DNA of 64,000 bases, taken from positions 4,728 through 68,727 of the forward strand of contig CT868219.1 of NCBI GenBank assembly GCA_000165425.1, read 5' to 3'. The notes under the pieces were generated by a model. It did not search any database. It was not told the origin of the DNA and worked only from the letters and a program-made list of their open reading frames with translations. The stretch comes from Paramecium tetraurelia. Taxonomy: Eukaryota. Positions 40,069 through 53,000 of the stretch are shown here, one piece after another; the first letter of the stretch is position 1; every line of letters starts with the position of its first letter. The position numbers were made by a program, and so were the translations under genes.

Positions 40069-42330
40069 TCAGGATTATGCTAAACTATACAACTAGATAT
40101 TGCTATCATTCTTGTTTCCACTACTCAAAATGTCAATCTTATCAGTGATACTATCTCTAATGGCCAATACACCTCCAAATGGATGGCAATCGTGTAAAGA
40201 TTTCAGTTGAGTTGTGATCATAGGTTATGGACTAATAGTTTAATTAAATGTTATTACTTATCATTTAACAAAGCTTTGCCATTGAATATTTTGAAAGTGC
40301 CATCAAAACTCACAGTACCAATGAAGCTGTTTTTAATGCATTCATATTCATTTGATGGCTATTTCTTTCTTCTTGGTGATCCACATAATGGAATTGAAGT
40401 TTACAGTTAAGTCTTCTATTATGGATTCTATTCCTCTTCTAATTAGAAGTTGATTATTCTGAAACACCATCCAGCATAGTTTTTAACTTGTTTAATCATA
40501 GTTCCATCCATGAAGTCCCAAACCTTTAATTCCCCTGAAGCACTACTACTATAAAGAATGCTTCCTCCACCATAAGCTAAACTAGTGACTTCAGTTGGAT
40601 GGGCATCTGACAAACTCATAGACAATTACAATTTTTCAAACACGTTATTTGTGTATGTCTATTTGTACACTTTTATGTTTCTATCCTTTCCACCTGATGC
40701 AATATATTGATCTCCAAGTAATGTCATACATGTAATAGAATCTCTATGCTCGAAGTATTTTTTTTATTGATCATTTTAAGTATTCCATTATAGTAATCTA
40801 TTATCACCTTGTGCACAACTGAATATTGTAGTTGCATCTTCTAAACAAACAATAGAATTTATTTAACCATTATGAATTCTATCAATTGACTTAAGTACTT
40901 CGAATCCTTGATTCAAAATACAAATATCCTTAAATAAACCAACGATTAAAAAAGAAGAACCGTCCTTTCTTACTTAAACAGCCAATGATGTCACATCACT
41001 CTTAAATTGTATTTCCTTAAATAGTTCATAAACTCTATATCTATATATTTTGACTGTCCTATCATTTGATCCTGTAGCAATAAAATCATCATCCAATTAG
41101 ACCATACAATTAATACCCTATTTATGAGTTGTTTTGATTGTCTTCACAAATGAGATTGATGCTAGTGGATCTGATATAATTAATTAAGTTGTTTATCTCA
41201 ATCTATGCTTTAATTGCATTTCTCTTAACTTCGTGCCTCATCTTCCTCTAATTTAGTTAACTATTTTAATGTTTTAGTGCTCTATTCCTTAATGATAGTT
41301 TCCAAGTATTTAGTGCCTTTTGGAGAGGCCAGCTATTGCTTTAAACTGATATTTTCTTTGTTCATTTTAATCATTTAACTTTTGTAGCCAGGAGACATAA
41401 AGTCTACTTAAGTCAAAGAGTGATAGCATTTATCTATTAACTCCTACATTCCATTGTATGTTTATTAGGCTAATCCTTAATTTTTATAACAAGGTCTACT
41501 GTTTAACAATACTTTATAGTCATTCACCAAATCATTTAAGACTTAATTATCACTTTGCTTCAATGCCATATTACTGAATAATGAATATCCTGACTTTTGA
41601 GATTCTCCCTCCTCTACATTCAAATTTTATTATTACAGTGCTCTCTAAAATTAACCATTTGCCTTGCTGACCAGAGGTATTATATTCTACATTAATTTTC
41701 TAAGATTAAATTGATTTTAATCAGTTTTCTTATTAGAAGTTTGCTGATCTTATAACTTGCTAACTTCACTTAAGAAATTATCATAATCATTATTGTAATC
41801 CTTATTTTTCTCTAAATAATAGTCAGACACTAATTTTTCTAATATAGTTCCCATATCCATTAGATCTTGCAAATAGTTTTTATATGGAGCCATAAATTCA
41901 GCTTTAACTTTATTAATCATTTCTGTAAATTTAGTTATTAATCCATCAAAATCATTGTTAATCAATTATTCCTAATTTTTGATATAGGTCTTAATTAGCT
42001 TGCTTGATGAGCCTGGGTGGAAAGTACTATTTGATTCAATTCTTTTTATGGCTCGTCTCCCAATCTACCTGATACACTTTACCTTCTACACAGAATCATT
42101 AAGTCATTCCATCCAATAATGTGTTCTTTGTGCTTAGCCAAATGTTGTTAATGCTAAGTTTCAAAGAGACATTCAGAACAAAATGAAATTGATAATGTAC
42201 AAGTTGTACATAAACAAACGTGGGAGATGTTAAAAGAAGGATGTGATGGGCAAGGAAGTGTTCCTTGGCTAGCTTAATTAATTTGAGTTTTAGTTCTTAA
42301 AGTAGCAAAACTTGTTCTTGTTTTATTCAT
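40069..42330 (-). CDS. Zinc-finger (B-box-like) / coiled-coil / WD40 protein; frame breaks near 41230 and 42000
   Basis: CPSH...CLCTTC...FCSEC...H at the N-terminus; WD units (IATGSNDRTVKI, IASGGKDRNIKVY, SASGELKVWD). Confidence 0.75.
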
Positions 42331-42541
42331 GTTTTCCGTTAATAAATAAATAATTAACTTTTATGATTAAATTCTGAATGGTTTGATTAAAAACTCATGA
42401 TTAATATACAAGCACAGGGAGGTAGGAAAAATCAATCTAAAATTATTTTCAATTTGCCTTCATGCATTTTGATCAAAAATATAACCCAAGTATTAATTAG
42501 AGACTGATTTTATGGTAAACTTTGTATTATTATTATTAATT

Positions 42542-42867
42542 ATGGGTTATTTTGATTTAATTAATCAACCTCTGAATGAATTTGGGGAGGAATTAACAAG
42601 TAATTTTATTGATCCAGTTAAGGACTTAAGACAGACATTGTGACCAACTTACAGCCTGAGTCGAGATTTAATCTTTTGGTTGGACTATCAGTTGCTAATT
42701 TGGCTATTGGTGTAGCAGTCAAAGGAATCAAGTCAAGACCCATTTAAACTGGTTTCATCAGTTTCTTTGGGTTAGGTTTAATTGTTTATCCAGAGCTATA
42801 CTTCGGATTGATCAGATAAAAAAAGGTGTAGCAATAAATAACACATCATTTTATTTAGAGAGATTGA
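42542..42867 (+). CDS. Small (~100 aa) two-TM protein
   Basis: MGYFDLINQPLNEFGEELT|RLKTD after a 23-nt intron; two hydrophobic segments; TGA 42865-42867. Absent from the ORF track. Confidence 0.7.
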
Positions 42868-42895
42868 ATTATTATAAAATACAAAAATATTATCT

Positions 42896-43372
42896 TCAAG
42901 TTTTTCTTCTTTTGAATTTTTCATTGTACTTCATTTATTTTACTTTATTTAACAAATCAACCTTGGAAGTTACTCTTCTTCTGCTTGATGACTTTCTAAT
43001 TTTACTAGGTATCATTAATTTCACTTGATCCGCAGCTATCAATTCTACAGACAAATCCGAGAAAGTGTTATTATGATCCTTTTTGAGTGGGCTTAAGCTG
43101 TTTTGGTTCAAACTACTATAAACTCTTCTTGTAGTGTCATATTTATCACTCTTATTTAAGGAAATCCAATCTTGTGTTTTAATTTAACCCACAGTTCGTT
43201 GAGGACGAGAAGTTTATTTATCAGAACACGAGGAAATTGAACTTATAGAATCCAGAACTTGTTTTGGATGCTCAAAAACTGCCCTTTAAATTGAATTGTG
43301 CTCATTTCCTGCAGTTTAATTATTTTACTTTTGTTAAGATGTAGTCTAAAGACCTGAACAAGCACTACCCAT
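42896..43372 (-). CDS. Small low-complexity protein with N-myristoylation/palmitoylation-like start (MGSACS)
   Basis: ATG GGT AGT GCT TGT TCA at 43372; table-6 frame ending KFKRRKT-TGA. Confidence 0.65.
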
Positions 43373-43827
43373 ATAATTAATTTAATATCATAAATTGATC
43401 TGATTTATTGATAATTTATTTTAAGAATTATGAAATAATGTAAGTTGAATAAGATAAATGTGAAAAAAGCTTAATATTTACCCAATTTTAAACTATTCGA
43501 TTTGAAGATTGCTACTCAAATTTATTTTATAAGAATTAGTTACTATTATTAAAGAAAAAGATTTATTAATGAGTAAAAAACAAAGTTAGAGAAAATATAA
43601 ATTTCAATAATTATGTTTATTCTACTAATTTCGTTTTTTGTATCTCAAAATTATCAAAGCCATACTACAATCTAAAAGGAAATAAAATTATGCTTCTCTA
43701 AGGTATTTTGAACAGTCTTTAATTCTTAAACCAATCAGATTAAGTTTTTAAATATTGAAAGTAATAATTTAATTAAAAAAAAAGGAATTTATTTACATTT
43801 CCCACTAAAAAATTTAATATAATTAAA

Positions 43828-46076
43828 TCAACCAATAAGATTGTGAGCTAGCTTAAATTGATACTATTCGTATTAGTGTTGCTCCTATAGCTTTTGAATT
43901 CTTTATTAAGCTTTCTATCTTTCTAAACTCTATAACTTTTCCAATTTAGCTCTGTTTTCAGATTTACAATTTCTCAATTTATCATCTCTTCTATTTTCAT
44001 TTGCTTATTCCTCCATGAAAACTCTCATAATCTCCTGGTTTTATCTCTAAATAATTTAATTTAGTTCAAATAGCACTTCTGGACTTGGTGGTTCAGTTGG
44101 TTTTTATTTGACTATATCCTGTTTTTTAGCTCTTTTTGGAGATTTTTTTTGGGCTTAGATATATTAATAAATTATTTACATTATGGTTACTATTATAATA
44201 ATTACTAGGCTGATTCAACAGATTTAGTATTTAGCGGATTGTTCAAAGTTTCTTTTAATTATGGAGACGATGAATTAATTTCAGGTAGTTTATCTTAGCC
44301 TTTGGATGATCTAATAGTACTGAAAGGTTTAGTCAAAGTCATTAATTTTTTATTATTTTTATTAATTGATTAAGATTGGGATTTTCTAGCAAAGTTCTAT
44401 TCCTCATGAGTTTATGACTTTAAATCAGTTGATGTAATTCCAAACTATTTTTAGATTTCAGATTGAGGAATCTTTCCTTCTCTAATTTTCTCTAGTTTCA
44501 ATAAAAGATCTCGTTTTTGTTTATCTATTTCCCTTCTCATATTTTATCTTTATAATAACAATTACTCTAAATCTTCTTATATTTTATCTGCTCTTTCCAT
44601 CTTCTCATTTAGTTTTTCTTATAATTTCATTCTATCATATTCTTATTTCTTCATAATTCTTTCAACATTATCTCTTTTATCAATTCTCTTTAATGTGTCT
44701 TGATTTCTTTTATCCGTAATTAAAATAGATCTTTCAAATTGAATTTTTTATAAATTCTCATCCTTATCTTAAAATTTTTTCAAGAATTCTTCAATTCTCT
44801 CTTTTTATCTTTGCTCATTTTACAATAATACTTGATGTCTTTATTATTCTTTTTCATGATCTTCTTACCTCCTCTTTTCCTTCTCTCTTTCTTATTCTTT
44901 TTCTAATTATTTTCTTCTTTCTTCAGCCTCATCTATTTTTTTTAAGTACTCCTTTTTTTTCTCTAATTCCATTTATTCATTTTATTCAATGACTTTCCTT
45001 ATAATTTCTGCATGCTATTCAGCTTCTATTTTTTATTATTCTAATTTTTTTCTCTTTTCTTCCTCAAACTATAACCTTTTTTATTCACTAATTTATAATT
45101 TTTTTTCAACATCTTCTTTGACTCTTAGAACTTCTTATTCATTTCTTTCTTTAGCTTATTTAATCCTTTCTTCATTTTCAATTCTTGCCTTTTCCGCCTC
45201 TTGCTTTTTCTTTTCTTTTTGTTCTTCCATCATTTTCTTCCTCTACTCAGCCTTCTCATCCATTTCCTTTTTTCTTTTTTCTAATGCTTCCAATTATAAT
45301 CTAATGTTTTCCTCATTTAATTTTCTTAGTTTTTCTTACTATGCCTTCTTTTCATCCTCTTTTCTTTTGTTTTCTTCATCTCTTAATTTTTGTTTTAATT
45401 CCTCTTATTTAATGCGTTCTTGTTCCTTAGATTCAAGTAATTTCATTCTTTCCTTCAATGCCTCTTCTTCTTGTTCTTTTTTTTATTACTTCTGCAACTC
45501 CTTTTGTCTCTTGATTTCTTCCTATTAGGCCCTTTTCCTTTCCAATTCCAATTCTCTCTATTTCTACTTCGTCCTCTCCTCCTGCATCTTCTTTTCATTT
45601 TATTCCTTTATTTCTTATATTTTCAATTCAAACTCCAGCATATTTTCAATCTCCTTTTGCTATTTCTTCTTGATCTTCTCAATCTGTTGCTTTTCCTTCT
45701 CAATCAAAGAGGAAGCATCTTATTAGGAATATTTGGAAATCATTTTACTCTTTCCCAATCCATCCGGACTCCACAAACCTAAACATAATTGTTACAATAT
45801 TTTACCAGTCTTTTCATCTTCCAAAACTATATGTCTTTATTTAATAAGATCTCTGTATTTTTCTTCCCTCTTCTCTTCAAAATGTTTATAATACGTCTCT
45901 ATTCCTTTCGCATCCAAATTCGATAGTCTATATTTTTTCTAATACTCCTCGAATGAAACTTTAACAATCTCATTGGGACTAATTCCTTCTCTTCTGCAAG
46001 CCTCCAAAGACCTAGGCGTATTAACTTCAGGAGCGTTGGGTTGATGAAAACCGAAATCTTATAGGGACACTTTCAT
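43828..46076 (-). CDS. E/K/R-rich coiled-coil (trichohyalin-like) protein
   Basis: MKVSLQDFGFHQPNAPEVNTPRSLEACRREGI start; long charged helical region; tiny introns; TGA 43830-43828. Confidence 0.75.
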
Positions 46077-46099
46077 TAAAATAATTATTAAAATATAAG

Positions 46100-47210
46100 T
46101 CATATACCAGTCTCATCTTCTCTCTTTGTCAAAACCTCATACCCATTTTCAGTTATTAAAACCATATGTTCCCATTGAGCTACAGTTTATAAGTTTACAA
46201 TACCACTAGGATTATCTGGAGAAACAACAGTAAAATTATCCTTCCACATTAAATATTGATCATGACGCATCAAGAGGATAGGTTCTATCGTAAATACATT
46301 TCCTGGGACCATCACTCCCGGATAATCATTAACTAGATATATTTAATATTAAAAATTACAATTATGGATGATTGTAGGAGGCATATGCATCAATTCACCT
46401 ATGCCATGTCCTGTAAATAATTCGCAAACTGTAAATCCTTCATCTCCAGCTACCTCTTCAACGATATCTCCAATTTTACTGAACTTCTATCCTGGCTTAC
46501 AAATTTTAATCGCTTCATAAAGGGCCTATTCTATTGTGCAAATAATTTATAACTTTTTAAGTTGTATCTATTAATTTTGTAATTTCTGGATTCATTTCAG
46601 GAACCTATGCCATAACACTAGTATCTCCATGCACTCCATCATAAAATATAGTCACATCGATATTTAAGGAATCTCCACCATCCAAAGGTCTAAGATTAGG
46701 TATCCCGTGGCAACACACTTCATTCACTGATGTGCAAACACTCTTAGGAAAACCCATGAATCCTATTGGTGAAGGATATGCATTTTGTGAAATTATGAAT
46801 TCGTGAACTATCTTATCCAAATCATCTGTTGTCATTCCCTGTTTGACTGATTTTGAAGCCACATAAGCAGTTTTTGCTGCGATTTACGCTGCCTTTCTTA
46901 ATTCTTATTTTAAATCATGTTTTTACTTTAGATCATATCTTAACCATGAACTACAGGTGCTCCTTCGTATATCCCATAGACAGGCTTTGTCTCACCTATT
47001 ATGCTTAATTGTTCTTATACTTATATAGCTTGGTCTTTGAATATGCGAAGGTACTGCCCTTGCCGGAACTACGCCATATTGACCCTAATTAAAATTCATA
47101 ATTCATACCTCGATGATTGGTTTACTAAAATATTTTATATGACTTCTTTTTCTTTATTTCATCCTTCCAATCTGACTAAATTGATATTGCTTGCTAAATC
47201 TCTACAACAT
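46100..47210 (-). CDS. METAP1D: Methionine aminopeptidase type 1 (organellar MAP1D-like)
   Basis: AYPSPIGFMGFPKSVCTSVNEVCCHGIP, NIDVT, HGDTS, FTGHGIG, FTIEPI, QWEHMV metal-ligand motifs; N-terminal presequence-like region. Confidence 0.92.
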
Positions 47211-48242
47211 GAATTAAATATATATAATTTTTAATTGAAATTCCATCATTCTGACAATTTATGCTTAATCTTTTTCGAATTACAAACTATTGGGTAGTCT
47301 TCCTAATATTACACATTAGGTTATAATCTTATATACAGATTGAGAAGCTAAATGACAATATGACAAATAGCAATCAATTTTGATATATATCCAAAGAAGG
47401 TATAAAGATTTGAGAAACCAGAATGGTAAACAGATTGTATTACCTTTAAAAAGTAGAAATAGTTCTATTATAATATTCATAAGGATAATATAATAAATCA
47501 TAAATAGAATATCATTTTAACATTTCTTAAATTTGAATCCAAAATTTTATTTTGTTGTTTAAATGTTTAATTTATATATATTATTGAATATTTAAGTTAT
47601 AGTTGAAAAATTCCTAGACTTTCAAGATAATAAGAACATTGAGATTAACTTAGAAAGGGTTGTTTTCATTAAATATAGTGTTCATTATAGATTCTTCATT
47701 AACCAAATTAGAATAGAGAATTTATAAAAATTAAACAATAATAATATATATATATATATTAATAAATGTATCTTAATTAGTTTGAACCTTTATATTTTTA
47801 TCAATTCTATCAATGATGATAAATCAAAGAGTTGAGTTGGATAAATGTATTTATAATTAGTATAAATTAAGATTATATTAAATCTTATTTCTGTCCTAAT
47901 GACACAAAATAAAGTCATACACATTTTAATAATGAAAAAATATACTATTCAAATGAAAAAATGTTAAAGATAATAGATATCGAGATTTCATCTATATTTC
48001 TATGAAGAATAGCATTCTGAATTGGAACTTGCTTGCGTATTAGGATTATTTTATTGAGGGGAGTTATAGATAGGTGTAAATAAAGATATGTGAAATATTT
48101 TAATGAGTAGAAAGGTGATTATTAAAAATAGTTTTGATATAAATAATAATAATGTATCAGCTTACAAAATAATTGGTTGATTTTCGAAGGAATCAATTTC
48201 TAAACTAAGGGCTTTAGACAGAATTCACCATTCAATCTGAAA

Positions 48243-49526
48243 ATGCGTATCGATATTATTTAAATGTGTAGAAATAAATTAGTGAGTGTGGGGTCACAAT
48301 TAAAAAGTCTAAACAATATTGAGAAACAACGATATTTGAGACCTGACTCATCTTATGACGAGAGTTCAGGGGAATCCAGTGTTATGTGTGAACAGAATCG
48401 ATAAAAACGATTAAGTGTTGAAGATGTTCTCTCGATGGTAATCGATTCGGAATGCAATCAAGCCATTAAATTGGAGCCAAAACCCTTCTAGAAAAAGTAA
48501 GATTATAAACTATAATTAGCAATCGAGTAGATCAAGAGTGGGAATCATAAAAAACTATAATAATTTTGGATGTCGATGAGGAAGCCGTAGACAGCCTTGA
48601 CTTAAATGAATTTTTCGATGAATAGTATACAATTTTATGAATTGCGGTTTAAGGATAAGCACTTCATATAGTTTAAACGAGTTTAGCTTGGCAGCTATGC
48701 AGGCAAGCTATCAATCATTATACGAATGAAGGAAGACAAAGGAGCGTAGTATGTGTATTACAATCTAGTGACTTCATTTCACAAATACAGGAAAGCATTT
48801 GGTGACAACATAGAGGTATTATTTAATCTAATTATCAACTAGTTTGCTTAACTCAAATAAATAGACAAATAGGTCAATAAAAATGAGATCACTGTTGTTA
48901 TGAGATTCTTGCCGGCAAATTTTAATAGTGAAAAGTTGGAAGCCTTACAAAACATCAGGAGTGAGGAGCTGTTCACATGTATTAATTAATATTATATGTG
49001 TAGATTAGGGATTGAAGTATGGAATTTTTAAGACCTCTGATTATGAGATTGCTGGAAACATTAAGAAGAAAATAATTAGGTAATAAATAGGATTTATATA
49101 ATAATAAGTTATTTCTAAAACAAAAAATATAATGATCTTCACATAACAATAAAGGCTAAAAAGAAGTCTACTAAGGAGAAGGTCAAGGTGTTTTTAGAAG
49201 AAGAATCATACAATCCAAGATCCTAATTAGAGTAAAAGATCGGAATGCCCCTAAGTCCACTCAAAGTGCCTCCTCTGGTAGTGAAAGAGATTGAATAACC
49301 AAAACCCAAACCTACTGCAGTGTAACCTACAATTTGTGCTATGTATATAATGTTTTAGATTTGTAGATAAATTACTGTCCCATAGATTCAAGCAAATTAG
49401 ATAAAACCAGTTGAACTTAAGCCTACAATCATAGAATAAAGTGATCAGAAAGTGATAGTGAGGGCTGTTTAATTAAAACCAGTCACATTAACAGTTGATA
49501 GAGAGAGAAGCTCAAGGAAAAAATGA
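48243..49526 (+). CDS. Uncharacterised protein
   Basis: MRIDIIQMCRNKLVSVG start; higher-GC coding-like sequence with tiny introns; TGA 49524-49526. Confidence 0.6.
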
Positions 49527-50017
49527 CTTAATAATAATAATCAAAATTAGTATCAAATCAAAATATATAAATATATATTTAAAATTATTTTGTAGATATT
49601 AGTGTGCTCTAATTTAACCTGCATCAAACTTATACTATTTAATACTACACCCATATTGTTTATGATGTTTTCTGATCTTAAATAAAATTTTAGACAAAAA
49701 TTTTCAATATATACTGCTGTCAACTTTGCTAGATTTACTACTTTTTATTTATAAATCTTCTATCAAAACAAAAATTTAATTTACTATAATATATATGATG
49801 TTCTATCCAATCTCAGCTTTACTTAATCAATGAGAATTATTCTCTTTGATCATTTTATAATGCCTTCCTATAATTACATTTTATTATTTTCTTTTATTAT
49901 AGGTATTCTGAAATCTGAAGATTTGAAATAAGAATGATGTTAATACTTTATTTTAATTGATTATCATTAAGTTGTATTTTTAATTTAATTGGCATTTATC
50001 CAAATTATAAAAGTAAA

Positions 50018-53000
50018 ATGTCGAATGAAGATTATTACTAGTTACCTGAGATAAATTTGGACCTTTAGGATTATGAAGTATCTAAAATTTTAATTACTTG
50101 TAGATCAGTCTATTGATTAGAGAATGTTTTATAAAGAAATTTGATTTTGAAGAAATCAAATGTAGGTTTGATAATGATTCAGACATAAAACAGAAATTGA
50201 AATATATGATTCCGATTCATTAATCATTTGATTATTACTATTATTTGATAAAGACTATCAGTGAGTCTGACAATCCATCTTAGGATAAAAAGAAATACTT
50301 AGAATACATAGTGCGATCTCAGAGTCTTCAGAATATTATCTCAGAAAGATGCTATTTATTAATAACTTAAGCTAACTCAATTGATAATTTAGAGTATTAA
50401 ATTGAATAACTCTTTTAAATATTCTTTCTCCTCAAAGATATTGATATAAATATTCTACAAAAGTCTAATATTTCTCTAATATTCACTTTACAAAAGATTA
50501 TTGAAATTAATTATCGTGACTATAACTTTAAAGAACTATTTTAAAAATTTGATGATTTTCTAAATTTAATATTTAAAAGCACATAAGTATAATAATATAA
50601 AACTATTCCAGCCTATCCCTAACCTTTAGAATGCTTATAATATCTAAATGAAAACAATTAAATTTTTGGATAAACTATTGAAGATTATTAAGACTCAGCA
50701 ACTTATTTGGACTATCTATTCAACTTTTTAAGAGAAGACTACATTTATTATATCAGATAACAAATTAATTATTTATCTGAAAAGGGATTTATTAAACGTA
50801 TTGATAGAAGATATCTTCCTAATATAGATCTATATCAGGACATCAAATTAATATAATTTGAGATAAATAATCTTAACATTAAATGGAAAATATCTTTGAA
50901 ATAATTTCACTTAGATAAAAGGACAATAGTCGACTAAATAGACTGGAATTATTCAAATAAACTATAGATAGGTTCTCTGATTTGTATTACAAATATTGAA
51001 TGCCATCCATTGCTTTTTGGCTTAATCATCAATAGAAGTAAACAATAAGATGATTATGAAATATCAAACAGAATTGATTTAGAATTTCGATTTTTAGGCC
51101 CTAAATCTTAAATAATGGAATTCTTAAACTTACTTTCTTAATAAACTATTTTAATGGATTGTAGGACATCAGCATAAGTTGAAGCTTAAATTTATAATTT
51201 AGAATCAATCAAGAAAATGCATTATTTGCCTAAGACAAATTTAATACTTTAGAGTTTATAAACACCATTTTACTATAAAAATTACTTATTGTCCAAATGC
51301 TTTCCTTAATTACTATCAACTTGTGATGCTGAATAGGAGAAAGCCATGCAATTAATTCTTTTTGAAAAAGTTGCCTTCATCTAAGGACTTCCAGGAACCG
51401 GAAAAACTTACTTGGCTACTAGGGCTGTAAGCATCTTAAATCAGAAATTATCGTAAATTGATAAACCTATTCTGATAGTTTGCTAAAATAATCATACCTT
51501 AGATTATTTCTTAGAGAGTCTACTTTAATTTATTCCAGCTGATCAAATAGTTAGGCTAGGAGGAAATTCTAAATCTGCTAAAATTAATTCCTATATGTTC
51601 TAAAGCAGATCAAATCTTGACTTTGATTAGGAAGAATTTAAAGAACTTAAATACTAATTAAAGACAATTTTTAATAGATTAATTTAATATGAATATACTA
51701 TCAATGCTCAGGATATTACTAGATTTTGGCTTGAACTAAGAGATAAACTTATAAATGATTTTCGTAAGGAAAGGGATTTGAATATTTCATAAGTTGATGA
51801 GCTCCTAAATTTTTGGATTAATGTAAAATCCTTAGATGATGATCAAATTCTTTTTTATCAAAGTCAAATTTTTGGTGACCATGCTATACTTCAAAATGAA
51901 AAAATTACTAAATAAATTTAGTTAAATAATGTTTTTGGTACACAGCATATGTAATTAAATAACCAATAAGATTAAGACCAATAATAATCAAATCAAAATG
52001 AAGAACCTCTTCCACCTATAGAATAGTTTAATTAGCAGAACTAAAATCACTCAAATTTACACTATAATTTTATAGGAATTGAAATGATTCAGTAATGTTT
52101 GTAAGACAATACATTCAATATTTGGTAACTTAACCATAAAGATTTATGTGAGATAATTAAATATTTAAAGTATCTCAAATATCAAGAAGATTGTCTTTTA
52201 TTTGAAAAAACATACAAAAAATTTAAAAAGGTATCCTAAACTTTATAAAATCTTGAAGCTAGTAATGATTTATATAAATTGAATAAATATTAGGTGATCG
52301 GAGTAACTGTCACTGATGCAGCATACTATTCTCATATATTAAAATAATTGAATTCAAAAGTATTGGTTGTTGAAGAAGCTGAACAAATCTTATTATCTAA
52401 TTTAGTAACTATTTTGACAAATAATTTCGAATATGTTGTTTTATTTGGAGATTATTTCAACTTAGAGGAATAATTTTAGAATTATGATTAAACAAATTTC
52501 TACTTTTTAAAAAATATATAAAATCAATAAATTCCATCTGTTGTTTTATCAACTTAAAGGAGAATGAAACCTAATATTGCTGATTTTTTGAAAAGAATCT
52601 ACCAGTAAAATATTAAAGATCATTAAGATATTCATGAAACCACAAATAAAAAGGAAGTTAAGGGTTTAGATTCTGATTTTTTTATTTTTGATAATCAACA
52701 ATTAGATTTAGATTTAGATATAAAATAAAATGTTTAAGAAGCTGAAATGATTGTTTAAATGGTTTAATATCTTATTTAAGCAGGAAACAAAGTGTCTTAA
52801 ATTACTGTATTATCACAATACTAATAGTAAGTAGAATTAATAAAGGAGAAATTTAGGAATGAGAACTAAACTTAGGTTAGGGTAGAGTCAGTTGATGATT
52901 ATTTAGGATAAGAGAATGATATTGTAATAATTTCATTAGTTATTTTAAATAATCATAAAAAATTATTTAAAAGAAAATACCAAAATAGAATTAAAACTGC

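Noticed and set aside
44989..45782. Long Phe/Leu/Ser-rich + strand ORFs in the track
   Set aside because: Antisense shadow of the E/K/R-rich coiled-coil gene on the minus strand.
47900..48240. Slightly G-richer intergenic stretch, possibly a decayed CDS
   Set aside because: No identifiable homology by eye and TGAs interrupt the best frame.
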